A stretch of 64,000 nucleotides of DNA, taken from the NCBI RefSeq assembly GCF_964355755.1, contig NC_092680.1, positions 8,742,001 to 8,806,000 of the forward strand. The letters are read 5' to 3'. The notes beneath the pieces were generated by a model. That model was given only the letters and a program-made list of their open reading frames with translations. It was not told the origin of the DNA and did no database searches. Made by a program: the position numbers and the translations under genes. Each line of letters begins with the position of its first letter. The stretch's first letter is position 1. Of this stretch, positions 62,837 through 64,000 are shown one piece after another. The stretch comes from Antedon mediterranea. Taxonomy: Eukaryota; Animalia; Echinodermata.

Positions 62837-64000
62837 GTAAGTATCTTACAGTAAATAGCTTTCCAGTATTTTTTATCATAAAAGTAACTTTATACAACAT
62901 CTTGCATGTTATTAAGGAGCTTTATATTTAATACGATAACCTAGGAGCTAAGTCATGTTTGGTTGTTTCTATGTCCAAACAACAACGGTACATTTATGCA
63001 TACTGTAGGTCCTCATTGCTTATTTATAGCTTCTCCCTATTTAATGTTATATAAATTCTTTATTTCTGTTTTATTTCTGGTTTAATTTAGCTTTTTTGTT
63101 ATTTTATTTTTATTTCCATTGAGATCCAGCATTGTTATTTTTTTTCAGTAATTTGATTTAATACTATATTACATAGCCAAAGTAAGCCTACTGTAGGCCA
63201 AGCTTAAGAGGTAAACCTATTGTAGTATTTCACCAACTTTTAGTATTACCTTTAATACCCACCTTATACTTCGAAAATTCTATAATGAACAAAACTATCC
63301 TACTACGGTAACTGTTACAATAAACTGAAACCATTTTTGACTATTATAATGTGATTTCCTTGTATAAATATTGTGTATTTACTTTTTTAATTTTAATAAT
63401 ACACAATATCCTGAATTACTGTAAATGTAAACAAAGCGGATTTGACTCTGTTTTACTTCTGGAATCTATGGTTTACTTATTGTGTAACTAGTTGCAATAT
63501 CTTACAGTACACATGGACAGGCTAAATGATCACCAGTTATTTCCATTTGAAAATGTCTGTTCTGTGACATCATCATTTTAACCTACTGTATGTTTTTGTT
63601 CAAACAATATGGAAATATCTTATCTTATTAGGTTGTAATTCAATAGAAAAAAATGTCAAAGTCAAGCAAAGTCAAAGTCAAAACTGTTTTCTACAGTAAA
63701 CAAAATAGGATATTTCTTCACTTTATTATTACTATTAATGTTATGAAGCTATATTCACACAAGCCACGATTCATCATTAATTGCAGCTACACTGTATATA
63801 GCCAGTTTATGTTTGTTCTGTACTATACAGTAGTTTAATTTTAAGGTTGAAATATATTTTGATATAACTTTAATTTCTGGTACATACAGAGTGTTATACT
63901 TCCACCCAACCATAATCAAATAATTTTGTAGTCAATCAATTATTTTTTCACTGCAGATAAAAATTGCACAGTAAACAACCGGGTATTTTAAATTAAGCTG

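Overview
AT-rich, intron-containing animal DNA, probably an invertebrate deuterostome such as an echinoderm (inferred, not shown). Five host genes are supported. (1) The first coding exon of an SHB/SHD/SHE/SHF-like adaptor on the - strand at 19452-19784; everything to its left looks like one large TE-rich intron. (2) TMEM186 (+, single coding exon). (3) A 6-coding-exon RGS9BP/R9AP-like RGS membrane anchor (-, ~293 aa). (4) A 23-coding-exon TRPM channel without an enzyme tail (+, ~1357 aa), head-to-head with the R9AP-like gene. (5) The start of an unidentified + strand gene at 59324. A young but defective Ty3/Gypsy element (20458-26612; 4-bp TSD GAAC, TG...TA termini, tRNA-Ser-like PBS, -1 frameshift site, integrase deleted) lies between the SHB-like gene and TMEM186. 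Its Gag starts with a ComEA-type helix-hairpin-helix domain, which is the most novel-looking feature. Introns hold many MITEs (Harbinger-, Kolobok-, pogo-, hAT- and Helentron-like), LINE 3' fragments and five minisatellite arrays. TACAGTA/TACTGTA is in strong excess and looks like accumulated Tc1/mariner excision footprints; three 5-bp TA-to-TAnnnTA insertions are visible directly by comparing duplicated sequences. All gene models were assembled by hand from GT-AG sites and reading-frame phase, and no database search was run.
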